A stretch of DNA of 64,000 nt from assembly GCF_009914755.1 (NCBI RefSeq), contig NC_060947.1. The stretch is one strand, 5' to 3'. Positions 44,879 through 60,665 of the stretch are shown piece after piece. Origin of the DNA: the human T2T-CHM13v2.0 reference genome, Homo sapiens. How positions within the stretch are numbered: the stretch's first letter is position 1; each line of letters begins with the position of its first letter. Position numbers and translations under genes: made by a program. A model generated the notes under the pieces. It was not told the DNA's origin, made no database searches, and was given only the letters and a program-made list of their open reading frames with translations.

Positions 44879-47800
44879 TCATTCCCACTCCTCCCCTTTC
44901 TTGCTTGCCTTTATGGCACTCAGTCTTCCTCTCCCTTACTGACCTAAATCTGGGTCTGGTTTCTGATCGACCCTGACCGAGATGTACTGAGCAGAAATAG
45001 CTGAGGAGACAGGCAAAGGCACACAAGACTGTGATTGGAGGAGCAGGAAAGTCGCCAAATACCTGGCCCACAGGTACCCTGGCTCAGGGTAGCAATGGGG
45101 CCACAAGAGCTTCATCCAGGTAGTTGCTGAGCCCTGAGCAACAGCCGTGCCAGTACCGAGGTACAGATCCTCAATACAATCTAGAGGACAGTGTAGAAGG
45201 ATAGCTGAAGTGTTTCAAATAACTCAGTGTACATTAACATTCTCATCAATATCCAGTTGATGTTTTCTGATATATCTGACATGATTTTAGTTCATACGTA
45301 ATGAGAGAGCTTAGTGCCAACCCGTTCACTCTCTCATCATTTTTTTTCTTTGAAATCTGGGAGCCCTGTGTTTCTTACATCATTTCTTCCTCTGGTCACA
45401 AACTGTGTGACAACAAAGTGGGTCACTGGACCATATACCTCATGTTAATAAAGGAATAATTCTGTGAAACAAGGTCTCTCCCTCAGAGCCCCGCAAACAA
45501 ATTGGGAAGTAAAAAGGAAAACACCAGAAAGAACCAAGGAATAATGAAATGGAGTGCTAAAACTATTATCAGGCTGGCAGTTAGTGCTCTGAGAGGTCAG
45601 AAATGGGACTGAGGCCAGTTTGAAATGGAGAGGAGGAGGTAGGACTTAGCTGTGAAGATGGGTAGTCTTTAGCTACCCAGAGAGAGAGGAAAGATTCCCA
45701 AAACCAACAAAGCCACTTAGGAGAAAATACATCCCCGTCAATAGTAATTCTAGCATGTGTCCTCTCACAGATTAAAATGTTGATGAGAAGGCAGGAGGCA
45801 TTTAGGAAAAATATGCTGACTAGGTTACTGGTTCAAGTCTAGTTTATCACTGGAGTCCTTAAGAAACTGAACTATAGAGGTGGTACTCAGCCACTTCAAA
45901 GAGAAACCTAAGTCATTGATGAGGCAGCACTAAATAAGTAGCAATAAAAAAGAGAAACCAACAAACAACATTGAGGCCTAGATCTATATAAAAGCAAAAA
46001 TAAAGAAAAATAGTCTTTCCTGAAAGAAAGTTGACATCTAAGTGCAAACGGCTTCAAGGGTACCTTCATTTGCTTTCTGGCCATTTGTACATGACCTTAT
46101 GGACACAGCAAAGAAAGCAAATTTACCACATCGTCTCCACCCCACGGGGTACCATCTGCTCTTTTCAAAGTAAGTCTCCCCTCACCAAGCACCAACAGTT
46201 TACATGTTTAACTGTCAGTACTTATTCTTAAAACCATTGTATTAAAGAAAAAAGAGCGGTTGGAAAACCATATAATCAAGAACCCCATTTCATAAGAGAA
46301 GTTGAAACCATGGAAAGAGTACATCTTGTACTGATATTTGCCAAGATATTTTGGACATACTGGAGGGAAACATTCATAAAATTGTGCTGCCTCTGCCATA
46401 AATCACTCCAAAAGAATTCTTTCTGAATTATTCTATCTCTATCTATATGGAGATCAAAGACCTACTGGCTATTCCCCACTGAAATACTCTACAGTTTCCA
46501 ATGGAGTTATCTGCAGGCAAATGATCAAGCTATTAACATTTGCCAGAGCAGTGACACTATAAAGTTAACTGTGGTGGAGGTGTAAGGAGCTTTGAAGTTC
46601 ACAGCTTTCTTTCAAGTTGTCCAGATCCCCCGTTTAAGAATACCCATCCCCGGGAGATCACACCTTCAGGTTATCATGTGGAAAAATCTCTCAGTCAACT
46701 GAATCTGCAGAACACTAGTCTAAGACATCTTAAAAGAAAATGGATGTCAAATCTGTTCCCAGAGATTCTCCTTTCTTTGGCTTTGTAGAAATGTCAATCT
46801 AATACCGTATGAAACTTTTCATTTAGTGGGGATTTGGGGTTAAAAAAAAAAGGATTTGACCAGTTCTGAAGAATGGTTTGCTTCCTGTTGAGACAGAAAC
46901 AAGGTGATACAAGAAAAGATGAATGAATATATTTAAAACAAAATGGAGGGTGGACAAGGAGAGAAAAAAGGCAAAAAGTAGGTAAGAAACAGAAATCGTT
47001 CTTATTAAATTCATCCTCTTAATAGTACTGTCTGCAATAACCTTAATATGTCATAAACATGAAAACAGAGGAGAAAATTAATTTCATAGAGATAGATCTA
47101 CATGCTAAGCAGAACTGCAACTCACAAAGACCAGGGACATGCAACGTGAACATGTATAAAAACTCTACTTTCTTCAAACCTAGATTGTCTCCACACATTC
47201 TTAATGAAACCAGATCTATTCTGGCTGTACCCCTACTAGAATGCTGATACCCACAACATCACGGACAAAACTCAAAACCATTCTATTTCCTAAAGTCTGC
47301 AGTGTTCTTTTTCTAAGTGGTAAAGAAGAAAAAAAATGCAAGTGACAAGAATCAAGATATCTCTGCCATTATTAGGGAAAGAAGGGAGGATAGGCTGCAT
47401 TAATATGCAGCCCAAAATTGACTTCAAAACATAAGAAATTAAGTTTGCATCAAATGTGCCTGTGAACATGCCTTCTACATGTAGGAGGTAAACTGTGTAT
47501 TAAATTAAAATATAGATATTAAAAAGGCAACTTGTAATTTTGATAAAAGAGGTAAATTGAACTCGATTAAATGTCCAGAGTCACAGGTTAGTGCAAATTA
47601 CTTGTAATAGATGCATTTTCACAGTCAACAGAGGTCTGACAGCTAGAACTTTGATATATCTGAGCAATATATAAATATCCATTAAAACAGATTTGATGTA
47701 ATAAGGTAACACCTGATTTCCAGATTCTTCCAGTATACATACAGCCACTCAGTTGTATCCATTTACAGTCAAGCTCTCATTCTTCCCTACTCACCTCTAG

Positions 47801-47922
47801 GAGCTAGCCATTCAAAACTGTATTAAGTGCCTGCTACCTGCAAGGCACGTTTTCATTTCCGTCTGCAAAAGGTGCCTGGCTCTCTAGAATCTGGTATGAT
47901 TACTTTTTTATTTTTAAAAGTT

Positions 47923-48252
<330 letters not shown>

Positions 48253-48539
48253 TTATTCGTGAGATTCCTTAACATACCCCTGACCTAAAAGTGTTCATGA
48301 CATACGTTTACATATATGTTTTAAATTAAAGTGAATTAAAATTAATTTCAATTAACTTTAGAATTAAAATCAATTTTGCCCTGAAGATGTTTGGGTTTGT
48401 TTTTTCCTCACAATTTCATAAGTCCCTTCATATAAACTGGAAATATACAGGAATGTTGAAGACCTGAACTAGAAATTCAAAACCATACAAGGTTTATTTC
48501 TAGACACAATAGGGCACACTACAAAATTTGTCTTCAATA

Positions 48540-49150
48540 TAAAATCTTTTAAATGAAAAATTTAGAAAATAGGAAAAAAAAAGCAAAAATAATTGATCAT
48601 CTCACCACTGAAAAATAGCTACTGTTCACATTGTGGTATAAGACTTCATAGAATTTTATCTATGTACAGATTTCAGTTTGTTTGTTTTCACACAGTTATA
48701 TCATACTATATACACAGCTTTATATGCTTCTGAAACTACAAACTACAAAGCTTTATAACATTCTATCAAATGGACATATCATAGTTTATATAACCATTCA
48801 CTCCTCTACTATGGAACATTTTGATTGTTTCCAATTTTTTGTTTTCCTAAAACACCTCCGTTCATAAAGCTTTTCTCCCCCCTGTATTCAGGATGACTTT
48901 TCTTAGGAGAAGTTCCCAGAAGTAAAATTCTTGGATCAAACAATGAATATTTTTAGGCCCTTGATAATACAGATTGCCAAATTGCTGTTCCAAAAGGGTT
49001 GTACCAGAAATGTACAAATGTGTCCATTTGACTAAATCCTTACTGATAGCAGATATTTATATATTTATATATGTTACATATATATATATATTCCTTTGCT
49101 AATTTTCGAGTAAAAAATGGTATCCCATTGTTTTTGCATCTCCTTGATAC
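48540..49150 (-). mobile_element. Old L1M (L1ME-like) fragment (approximate ends)
   Basis: ACATTTTGATTGTTTCCAATTTTT..TTCCCAGAAGTAAAATT..TTGCCAAATTGCT pattern. Confidence 0.65.
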
Positions 49151-49492
49151 TAGTGCCAGAACTTTCTCCTATTTTAAAAAAATGCTCCTTTCGGAGAGAT
49201 GACTTTTTAAGATTCCTGTTAAACCAGACATGCAAGTCTAGTATCAAGTACTATCAAAGGTCAAAAGAAAGTCAGAGAGGCCAAAAAACAAAAAGCACCA
49301 TTCAAAAACTTTTAGGACCTCTTCTAAGTTCCTTGTTCGTTTTTTAATTTAATGACTATAGATGCCAGGCACTACAGTTCTTTATCATTTTTACGTAAGG
49401 CCCTCACAATTGGAAATTTCACTCACTCATTCTCTGACCATTGCTGAGGACACATCCTGTCCCATGCTAGGTCTTGTGGATATCATAGTGAA

Positions 49493-49558
49493 CACAGAGC
49501 CCCTACCCTGCCCTAACAAAGTCCTCACAGAGCCCCTACCCTGCCCTAACAAAGTCCT
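49493..49558. repeat. Perfect 33-bp tandem duplication
   Basis: CACAGAGCCCCTACCCTGCCCTAACAAAGTCCT twice with no mismatch. Confidence 0.97.
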
Positions 49559-49669
49559 TGGTCTAGTGGGGAAGGCATGAGGCTTGTTCAGAGGACTGTG
49601 GAGCACATAGCAAGGGAACCTAACCAAGACTTGAAGGGTCTAAACCGAGGCTTAAAGTAAAAGCTAATT

Positions 49670-50480
49670 ATCCCCAGTTCTTTCTTTCAACCATTTCTCA
49701 TATGACATGATTTTCAGACCCATCCTGGTCACTATCTTCTGGATACATTCAACTTTGTCAATGTTCATAAAATGTGGTGACTATACTTGAACATAATACT
49801 CCAGATGTGGTCTGAGCAGCACACATGCTTCTAATACAGCCTAAAATTGTTTTTGCTTAAAAAAAAAAATAAGCTACACCACATTGTTGGCTCATATTAA
49901 ACTTGTGATCAACTAAATCCCCAAGAACTTTTTACATAAACTGCTGCCAAGTCACATCTCTCATATCCTGTACATATGCAATTTTCTTAACCTAAATTCA
50001 AGACTTTACATCTATCACTGTTAACTTTCGTCTTGTAAGTTTTGACCTAGAGTTCCTACAAGTTGAGATCATTTTAAATCTGGAGTCTGTCATCCTATAT
50101 ATTGAACTACGCCACCCAGCTTTGCGATATCTGCAATGCAAAAAGCCTGTCTTTGTGATCAATTATGATCAACAATCTGCTTCTTTAGGGCAGGGGCCCT
50201 GATCTGGACAGCTGTGTATTCCTCACAGTGCTTAGTAGGGTGCCCTCTATATAGTAAGTGTCTGTTATTTGTTAAATAAACGAATATTTGGGCAGAGCCA
50301 AAAAACAGTTCCTGTGGCCCTTCACTAAAAACATTTTCTTCCAGGTTGACATTGAATCCGCTGATCAACCAGCTGTGAATCTGCCTAATTACTAGTTATG
50401 CAGTCAAATTTCACAATCTATGCACAAGGATATTACAGAAGACTCTCAAATGTTCTGCTAAAATCAAGACATATTTATAT
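49670..50480 (-). mobile_element. L3/CR1 LINE remnant, interrupted by an L2 3' end near 50180-50285 (approximate ends)
   Basis: Minus strand 49783-49822 translates VLLRPHLEYYVQV, matching the CR1 ORF2 motif LVRPHLEYCVQFW. Confidence 0.75.
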
Positions 50481-53400
50481 TTGACATTCTGGCATGGTTG
50501 TTCTGATTCAGCCATCATGATGCAGCCATGATAAAAACAGACTACTAGGAGCTGTTTATCATTTACCTGTCTGATACTTTTTCCTCAACCCTTATCCAAA
50601 TTACAGGGAACTCTCACTTTCTACTTTCTTCAATATGAATGTTTTAGATTACGCATTCCTTTTTGCCTTTAGATTCTCCATATTTCAGAAGTAAATTTTA
50701 AAGAATAATTTCATATGAAAAACTGCCTTGAGGAAGTGAAAAATTCATATATGTATAATCAGGAAACAGATGTATTTTTAAGTTTGTTTGGTATTAAAAA
50801 AAAGATAAACCTCTAAAGAGCCTAATAAACCTATTCCCTCAAACCATCAGAATATCGAAGTTTTACGATTTTAAAAATAACAGATGCATATTATTTTTTC
50901 ATGGGGTTTTACAGGGAATATTAATGACAGAACTGACAGACATTGACTCAAGGACTCCCAGTGAAGCCTGGATCTGAGTATATGAGACCATACTATGACG
51001 CAAACATACTCCTCTACTCTAGAATCTTGTCTCTTGAAGGTTTGGAATCAGAAATTTTAAGACACAGACTATTCAAGAAATAAGAGAATTCTCAGAGAAT
51101 GAGCAGATACTATGCCCAAAATGATTAATGGCCTTTCAAAGATGAGCAAGTGTGGGAAACATATGGCTCCTGGAGATGTGTGCTTTGCTTGCCAGATGGT
51201 GCCTGACCCCCTACTCCATCCTTCATCTCTTCTCTGAGATTCACCCCATCCATGACACCCATTCCATTTTTGACCCCTACTCCCACCTTATCCCTGATCT
51301 CCATCCTCATGGCTGGGGGATGAGGTGAAACTGAGGGCTGGGGCATGTCTGTCTGTTTTGCACATTACTTGGTAATAAAAAATTAAAAAAAAGTAGTGGA
51401 ATGTTTTATTGGTTTGTTTTGCAGCTGTTGTAGAAGCACCCCCATATCAAAACAGTCTCATCAGAAAGTTCCCAGCATCAAAATGGCAGATCAATATAAG
51501 CATGTCAAAACATCATATAACCATGTATATAACAGAATGGAAAAAAAAAGGCAGACTTGAGTGCTAGTTCCAGCTTTTACCAATTGTCTTCCAGACCCTG
51601 GGAAATTCTACTTCCTAATCTGAGCTTAACTTTTTTGAAAATGGAAATTTTGGACTAAATGATCTTCATAGTTCCTTCTCAAACTATGATTCTCAAACTA
51701 CCTTGTACTGTTATTTAACTATTTCATTTGTGAGTATCTTGCCTTTAAGCATCTCTGCGACAAGGACCACATCTCAAACTTTCACAGAAGGCATCACACA
51801 ATCTAAGCACAAAGAAGGCACTTACAACCATCTGTCAATTGCATTGACTACCAATTTATGGGGAAAGCTAGTTGTTAGTAGGCTTCTATTCAATTACTTT
51901 TCTCTGAGGAGCATAGAACATCACATGTAACCCTAGTTGCTGATCAGATTCTAACTAGCATCAGGCCTAACTCTTTGTTTGAAGGACAAGAATTTCAGGA
52001 ACAGCCCAAGAGAATATTGAGTCCCCAAATGAATCTGATGCAAGGTCCTCCATGATCTGTGTCCAGATGGAGTGATGCTTCCAAGCGACCCTGTGTTCAA
52101 CCTCACCTCCTCCCCACTGTCTTTCATCCAATTGGTATGTGCTAAATGTGAAAACACTCTCTGTACTATGTTCAGGAAGAAAAAAAGTGCCCTGTAAGAT
52201 ACTGTTAATATTTTACATTTTAGCATAAAGCTTTCCTTAAAACATAAGCATTTCTGTGACCTTCTTTGCAAATTAGATTTTGCTCTGATCAAACTTTTAT
52301 TTATGCTAACTACTATGGGAGACATTTCTTAATAATTCAGTACTTTTTAATCTTTGTTTTGCTAAAGTAACAAATTAACATTCTACAAATTTTCATTGAG
52401 CCTCAAATACATGCTAGGTACTGTGCTAGTTGTGCACAGATCACGTCTATATGCAGTACATATAGGACTAATTTACACATTTGTTCAACTCGATACAGGT
52501 TAACATCCTGGAAAACACATCAGCCTTTTATCTTCCTTTCATGACAGTGATTAAATATCCAGGCGCTCAGATTTTTTTTAAAAGGTATGTTCTAATTTCC
52601 TTATTAAGAAGACAAGTCACCAAAGGCTAATCTGAGTTTCTCTTTCAACTCTATGCTGCCATCCTAGTCAAGTCTGATTAAATAGTAGTGTCACTACAAT
52701 TTGGGGCACAGATACCTTACTAATAGAAGAAACTGACATACCAAATAGATAACCGAAATTTCCCAATGGGGCTATACTTCCTTGTAGCTTGACTTCACAA
52801 GAACAGTATATAACTGAACTTTTGACCTTCTGTACTCCTCCCATTGAAAATGATGGCAGCTATGGTAGATTTCCGCTTTAAAAAATGAAGGAGTCACAGA
52901 GATGCTAGTGGAGTAAAAACAGCCCAAGTAAAGCATTTGGTTTGGCATGTGCAACATCTCAATGAGATGTTGTCACCTGGTGATCCTGTCACAGCCTTCA
53001 AAAAATGCTCAGTTTCTCAATTCTCTGATTCTTGAGTAGTATCAAGTTTAAAATTTTGTAGCATTAGGCAAATATGCCACACAGAAATGAAAGCTGACCC
53101 TCACTGATGGGCATTTGGGCCTTCCCTAATAATCTGTGGAAGTGGTTTTCAAAATCATTGTCTCAACACATTGGTATGTCCAGATCAGCTGTGAATAAGT
53201 GTTCTGCATCAGCTGTTATGAATACTAACTACCATCATTTGTAAGTAATTTTCTTTACAAAAAAAAGTGAATTGAAAGTCACACCTTTATATAGAAATAC
53301 CATTGCTAAATCACTCACATTTCAATAGGCTTTCTAGCTTCTACACAGGAGGGGTGGGATTACTGCCTGTGCAAGGCGAACTACACAGAACCTAGGGCAG

Positions 53401-54010
53401 CCCCGCCTATGGGAAGGTCCCGTTTGGGAAGAGCAAGTCCTAAGGATTGAAGAAAGCACAGCTAAATCCTGAGAATTATGCTTAACCCTAGGCAGCCCAG
53501 AGCACGCAGTATGTGAAAGCTATCAGATTTAGCTCTCATAATGGTTGAGGATTGCTCACTGTATGATAGCTTAAACTTTAATTTTCAAGATTTGGGGTTG
53601 CAATGAATTGGGCTTGGGAGATTTTGAAGGAATTGGGTTTTTTTTTTTTTTTGGTGGGGGAAGGGGGGTGCGTGTTATTCCAAAGCAATTGCCTGACTGA
53701 TTTTCAATCCTCTCAGCCTGTGAGTGATATAACAGAAGGTGGGAGAATGACACTGCCTTAAAGTGAGAAGGACAGCTAGTTAGGACCCAGAGAGGGAGGA
53801 ATTCTCTTTTGGACTTGCTGAGTTTCAATTAATGTTAAGAGATTGAAATGGAAAAATAAAAACTTTTATAACTTATTTGAACTGGCTGCCTTGTCTATAA
53901 CATGGGCTTAAGACTATCTGCTTTGAAGAGTGTTGTGAGGATTACAGATGATGTATATAAAGCACATATCACAATGTCTGGCTCATAAAAGATAGTTTTA
54001 ATTACTATTA

Positions 54011-54620
<610 letters not shown>

Positions 54621-55679
54621 TTGAGAAGAAAAAGTCAATAATATCTCAGTCTGACAGCTGGACCTGGTCCAGACATGCAAGAACAGACTTTAGCTGTAAA
54701 GACTTAAACGTGGGATTTTAATATGGAATTTCTGATGGCTGCAGGTATAGAGGGGCCTCCCAAGGGAAAAACACATTCCTCCTCAATCTAAATATGGCTT
54801 TCATAAGCTCAACAAAGGGAGGCCAACCTTGGTTGTTTCGTAAATCTCCATGGCTTCAAGATAAAGCCACTCTATTCTAGGGACTGAAGAGAGGAAAGAA
54901 ATAGAATGAAAAATTTAAGAACATACAAAGATTGGTGGAGAGCCTGCTCTCTTTGGTGGCCTCCCTGCAGAGCTTTTGTTCTCAAAATTCCCAGACTCTC
55001 CAAGAGTCTTTAGGGAGCATAACCCAATCAAGCCTCCTCAAGTTAAAGAGAAAAAAAAAAAAAGCTTGCCTATTAACTCCAAACCAATCACCTCCTGCTT
55101 CCCTTGTATTACACAAAGTCCCTATTTTCAGTGAGTAAATAAATACCGCCCCACCCCAAAAGCAGAGAGGTTTTCTAAAAAAGCTGGTAGGGCCCACAAA
55201 GCTGATTAAGGCTTGTTTATTTGAAAGGTTCAAATAAAAGGCATTTCAATGGTGAGGAATGTTTGAGGACTATTAAGATGTGACAGGATTCACTAGGGTA
55301 AACATGTCTTGCCTCAGGCTTCTGGGAGTCTCTAATCCCTATAACAAGCAAGGTCCTAAATAAGAGAAATAATAATACTAGCTACTATTTATTGAGCAAG
55401 CCTGTATCATGTGCCCTTTACATGAATTGTCTCATTTAATCCTCACAATAGAGCTATGAGGCTAGATATTATCAGCCCCAGGGATTCAGAGCCCCTGGGC
55501 TAACCTCTGGCACCCAAGGACCTCCCAGGTTTCACCAGCATAAATGCCCTATACCTATACCCTGGCTCTCAATTTGTACTTTCTCGTCCCAGTACTGCTT
55601 AGACTGCTCGGTTTGCAACTGGTTAAGAAAAAATAAGCCTCCTGTCTCTTGACCCCATTATATTTTATCTCACACAGTC

Positions 55680-55850
55680 TTTGGAAATAAACAGACCCAA
55701 GTTGAAATCCTGACTCTGCCCCATCCAATCTGTGTGGTCTTGAGCAAATGACTTCCTCAAATGGACAATAATGGTACCTTCCTCGAGGTGCTGTAAAGAC
55801 TAATATGCTAGTACAGTATAGTTAGCACTTAGTTAACAATCAAAAATGTT
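55680..55850 (+). mobile_element. MIR remnant; a minus-strand MIR piece also lies near 55365-55480
   Basis: ACAGACCCAAGTTGAAATCCTGACTCTGCC..TGTGTGGTCTTGAGCAAATGACTT. Confidence 0.7.
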
Positions 55851-56068
55851 ACTTTTTAAAAGTTTTAGCATTAAGTAATGGTTTCATATTTCCCTCACTC
55901 AAATATGATTATTTCTTTTTTGTAGCAAAAGATATATATCACTATAATTTTTTGAAAAATTCAGAAAATAAAAAGAGAAACAAAAATTAACTCTTAGCCC
56001 ACCATGCCAAAAAAAAAAACAACCAGATAATGCAGCATAGATGCTTATGTATTTTTTCATCAAACTGG

Positions 56069-56070
<2 letters not shown>

Positions 56071-56107
<37 letters not shown>
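56071..56107. repeat. (AT)18 microsatellite
   Basis: Pure alternating AT run read directly. Confidence 0.95.
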
Positions 56108-56111
<4 letters not shown>

Positions 56112-56297
56112 TTTATATTCTTTTCTTTATAAAATTTTAACAAGTATCATCATCTGGCTCATAAAAGATCATTTTTTCTTACCATAAAATATTCTTTGAA
56201 AGCATAATTGTTAACAGCATCATAATATTCCATTGTATGGATGTACCATGATTGATTAACAGTCACAACACCAATTTAACAAAAATAATTGTCTTTT

Positions 56298-56600
<303 letters not shown>

Positions 56601-56994
56601 ATAATTGTCTTTTAACCTGAATCTTTAGTACTTCAACCCAGAGGACACTTCCAATGAAAATTCAAGAGAAAAAAGTGTTTCTGTTTCCCCTAATACATAC
56701 ATTATGTTTGGTCATCATGCATTTAACTCCCCATCAGGGGTTTCTGGCTTAGTGTTACCTGTGGATGTCTAAGCAAAAGTTTCAAAAGTTAGGCTTTTGG
56801 GCCATGTCCTAGGAAACCAGCATCTTGAAAAAGAAGTCTGCAACATTATGTACATTCAATCATAGCTACCTAATAATGAAATGCATATTCTGAACATTTT
56901 AAGAAGCCACTACTTTACCAGACATTGTGACATCAGACAGATACTCTCAAACCAGCAGACTGATTCTCATTAAGATAGTTACAATGGATTGGTT

Positions 56995-57317
<323 letters not shown>

Positions 57318-57721
57318 TCAAACAATATTGCATAGCCATTAAAATGGCATTGGCATCCACATAATAATACGGAAAAAATGTTCACAATATATTGTTAGGT
57401 TGTTTACAAAGCAGGGTATAAAATGGTATGTATACTACAAGACTTTTTAAAAAGTATATATACACTTTTTTCTATTAAAAAGTCTGTTAACTAAGCTGTT
57501 ATGAGTAGTTATCTCTAGGTCTTAGTATTATGGGTGAATAATTTTCTTATCTGTGTTTTTCAATTTTCTAAAGTTAACAGGTATTATACCAATACATTAT
57601 TAATTTTTTAAAAACAGCCAAAATTGTTAATTTTCCCACTGTCTAACCCCCCCATAGGGTATATTACCATTCCCTAAGTAGTCTGGCTTATCAAGACTTC
57701 ATTGTATCAACAATAATAAAT

Positions 57722-58035
57722 AGACTGGGCATGGTGGCTCACATCCGTAATCCGAGGACTTTGGGAGGCAAAAGCAGGGAGATCACTGGAGCCCAGAAGT
57801 TCAAGACCAGCCTGGGTAACACAGGAAGACCCAATTTCTACAAATAATAAAATATTTAGCCAAGTGTGATGGCACATGCCTGTAGTCCCAGCTACTCAGG
57901 AGGCTGAGGTAGGAGGATCACTTGAGCCCAGGAAATCAAAGCTGCAATAAGCCATGGTCACACCACTGCACTCCAACCTGGGTGACAAAGTGAGATCCTG
58001 TCTCAATGATGATGATGATAATAATAATAATAAAT
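57722..58035 (+). mobile_element. AluJ with (GAT)n(AAT)n tail
   Basis: J-type GGATCACTTGAGCCCAGG; tail converted to triplet repeats. Confidence 0.9.
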
Positions 58036-58069
58036 AACCCCAATGGAGCCAAAAGAACACTGAAATTAG

Positions 58070-58260
58070 AGTGAAAGTCCTGAATTGGAAACTAAACTCT
58101 ACCATTTCCTAGCATTATGTCCATGGCAAATTCCTTAATCTCCCTGAGCCTCAGTCCTCATCTCTAAAGTAGAGAATAATATTACCTACGCTAAAGAGTT
58201 GTTGTGAGTTTAAATGAGACAGTGCAGGTGCAAATGCCTATCTCCATACTTAACACACAG
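58070..58260 (+). mobile_element. MIR remnant (approximate ends)
   Basis: CCTTAATCTCCCTGAGCCTCAGT..AGAGTTGTTGTGAGTTTAAATGAG. Confidence 0.72.
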
Positions 58261-60665
58261 AAAGTCGTTCTAATACCTTTCTCAGCAAGAAAGAAAGTGT
58301 GAAATGAGTCTCATTTCAATTAGTCAATTCCTGCTCTGTGTTTCTCTTTTTGTTCAATGTGTTCCATGTGTTCAGACTGGAGTCTGAGAAAGAATATACA
58401 AATAGGAGATACACCAATGACAGTGGAATTACCTGAAACAATGGAGGCAGGCAAATGCCTGAGTGGCCCACAGTCCTTGTATCATATGTAAATTAGACAT
58501 ACTTGATCCCAACTGAATCTAAATTAATATAGTAGATACCCCTGCCAACTCTGTAACCATGACTTAAACTGAAAAAGATGAAAACCTCAAGTTTAAATGG
58601 TCCAGTGTTAATGCAGTTAAAGAAAATCCTCACTGAGCTCATAGCAGAAGTAAAGGGCTATACAGTCAATGTTAATTATGTTCTTGTTTGCTATATGAGA
58701 GTATAAGAACAGATCTGTCCCCTACTGTACTAATGAGCACCTAAAACTAAGGATCTGTCATGTGTGTTTTATGACTGTCATTGGTTTTTCAAAAAGCAGT
58801 GTTACATTTGTCCTAGAGAGAAAAAGGGAAGATATTTTTTTAAAAAATTACAGTAATAACAATAAAAGTCTCCAACTCTTCCTTTTTCTGTTTCCCCACC
58901 ACCTCTCAAATACTGCTGGTTCATCATTCTATAACTCAGAATTTCCAAACACCAAAATTGAAAAATGTGATGGTATTAAATATGAATAACCAGCTGCTCT
59001 ATCCCTTTGAGGAGAGCTGGAGCTCAAAACCTCAAATATAGGACACTAAAAAAGCCCACCCTCTGGCATACTTAAGCAAAGTTTTCTTTCTGTCCACACA
59101 CTACAAAATTGAAAAACGTAGGTGAAAAAGTGAGCTCTTTAATCAAAATTTTTACTTTTTAATGTCCACAATTTTATCCAACATTCAAAATTGTATCCAG
59201 GGTTAGAAACTGTATACTTCGTATATCTTTTTAAAAAAATCATATAAATAAAAAACTACCTAGAATTCTCAAAACATCAGATAACATGATTGGTTTTATT
59301 CTTTTATGACTACTTAAGCAGGAGAGGAGTGAATGGGCTTCAGAAATATCTCATTTTTCCAGCAGCTTTCTTGTAGAATAATATACTTTCATAATGAAAT
59401 GTAAGATTATAAATTGCCAAATTGATTTTGCATCAGTGGTAAAAAGTCATACGTGACTAAGTATTCTAAGGTGACCTAGTATGTTATAGAAACTGAAACC
59501 ATAGTATACTGACAGTTTAATTGGTTTAGCAAGAGTTCATATCACTTGGCTGAAATGCATCATTGGCCTTTTTATCGTTACATCTTATTGCAGCTTTAAA
59601 AATAAAGTGGATGACAATCTAGTGAAATGTTTCCTTTACTAAATCAGGTTCCTGTCCTTGACTTTATTGCTACGCCTAGCTTTCCAAAGCAATGTTTACA
59701 AACTGCCTCTGCCTTTTAATATATTTTGAATAGTGAGATTTATCTCCCAACTTGATCCTTTCGTGCCAGGAGATAGGAAAACACTAGTGTATGGTCCATG
59801 TGAAGAGCACCAAAACAGATGGCAGCAAGGAGTTAAATACCAGAGTGGATGGCACCTTGACATTTATTGCTATCTAGTACAAACCAGAATATATAATTTG
59901 ACTCTTTTATAGCATTAGGAGGGCAATTTAAATGCGTTAGGACTTGAACTATCAAAAGATGCTGTCTCCTGTCTCCAGATGTAATTACAAGACAAGACTA
60001 TTAAAGCAGTCTTATAAATACGAGAGGAGCTGAGACTGTGAAGGGCGACAGAAGCGGAAAGAACCACCTCCACTGCAGTGGCAGCTCATTTTCTGACAGA
60101 GCAGTCCCTGCTGCAGAAGAGGCCAGCAACCCAGCTAGGATACTCTCCTCCAGAAGCACAGGTGCTAAGCAAGGTCCCTGAATTCAAATGAGACCCAACA
60201 CAGTGAACTAGGAGCAGAAATGGCATTCCCACCACCAAGAACATTCTAGACCCTTTTGCCTCCATTGCACCACTGCAGATTTCAGCTGTTCGTCCTGTTT
60301 ATTGAGAAGGTACTTACTACCTGTGAGGAGTACAGTGCTAGGCAATGGTACATTTAGTAAATCCAAGTCATGCCAAGTTGGTGCTCTCCAACTCCAGTAG
60401 GTAGTGATTCCCTAAACTTCAACTTTCACTTGTTTTCACAACCCCTTCCCTTCGGTGACATTAAAGTGTGTATATGTAAATATAAAAACATTGTCTGTGA
60501 ATTTCATAATATTACCAGAAATAATGTAAAAGACAAAGAGAATCTCCTGTTACATGTCAGTAAGATATATTCTTTAAAAAGATAATATCCCACATAGCTA
60601 CCACGTTAAGGAATTACATATAAAAATGGTAAAAGGGTAAAGGAAGAGAGGGCTAAGTCTGGGTT

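Noticed and set aside
47393-47412. GGCTGCAT-TAAT-ATGCAGCC dyad (similar short dyads near 2479-2508)
   Set aside because: Arms of 8-9 bp are expected occasionally in 64 kb and there is no supporting context
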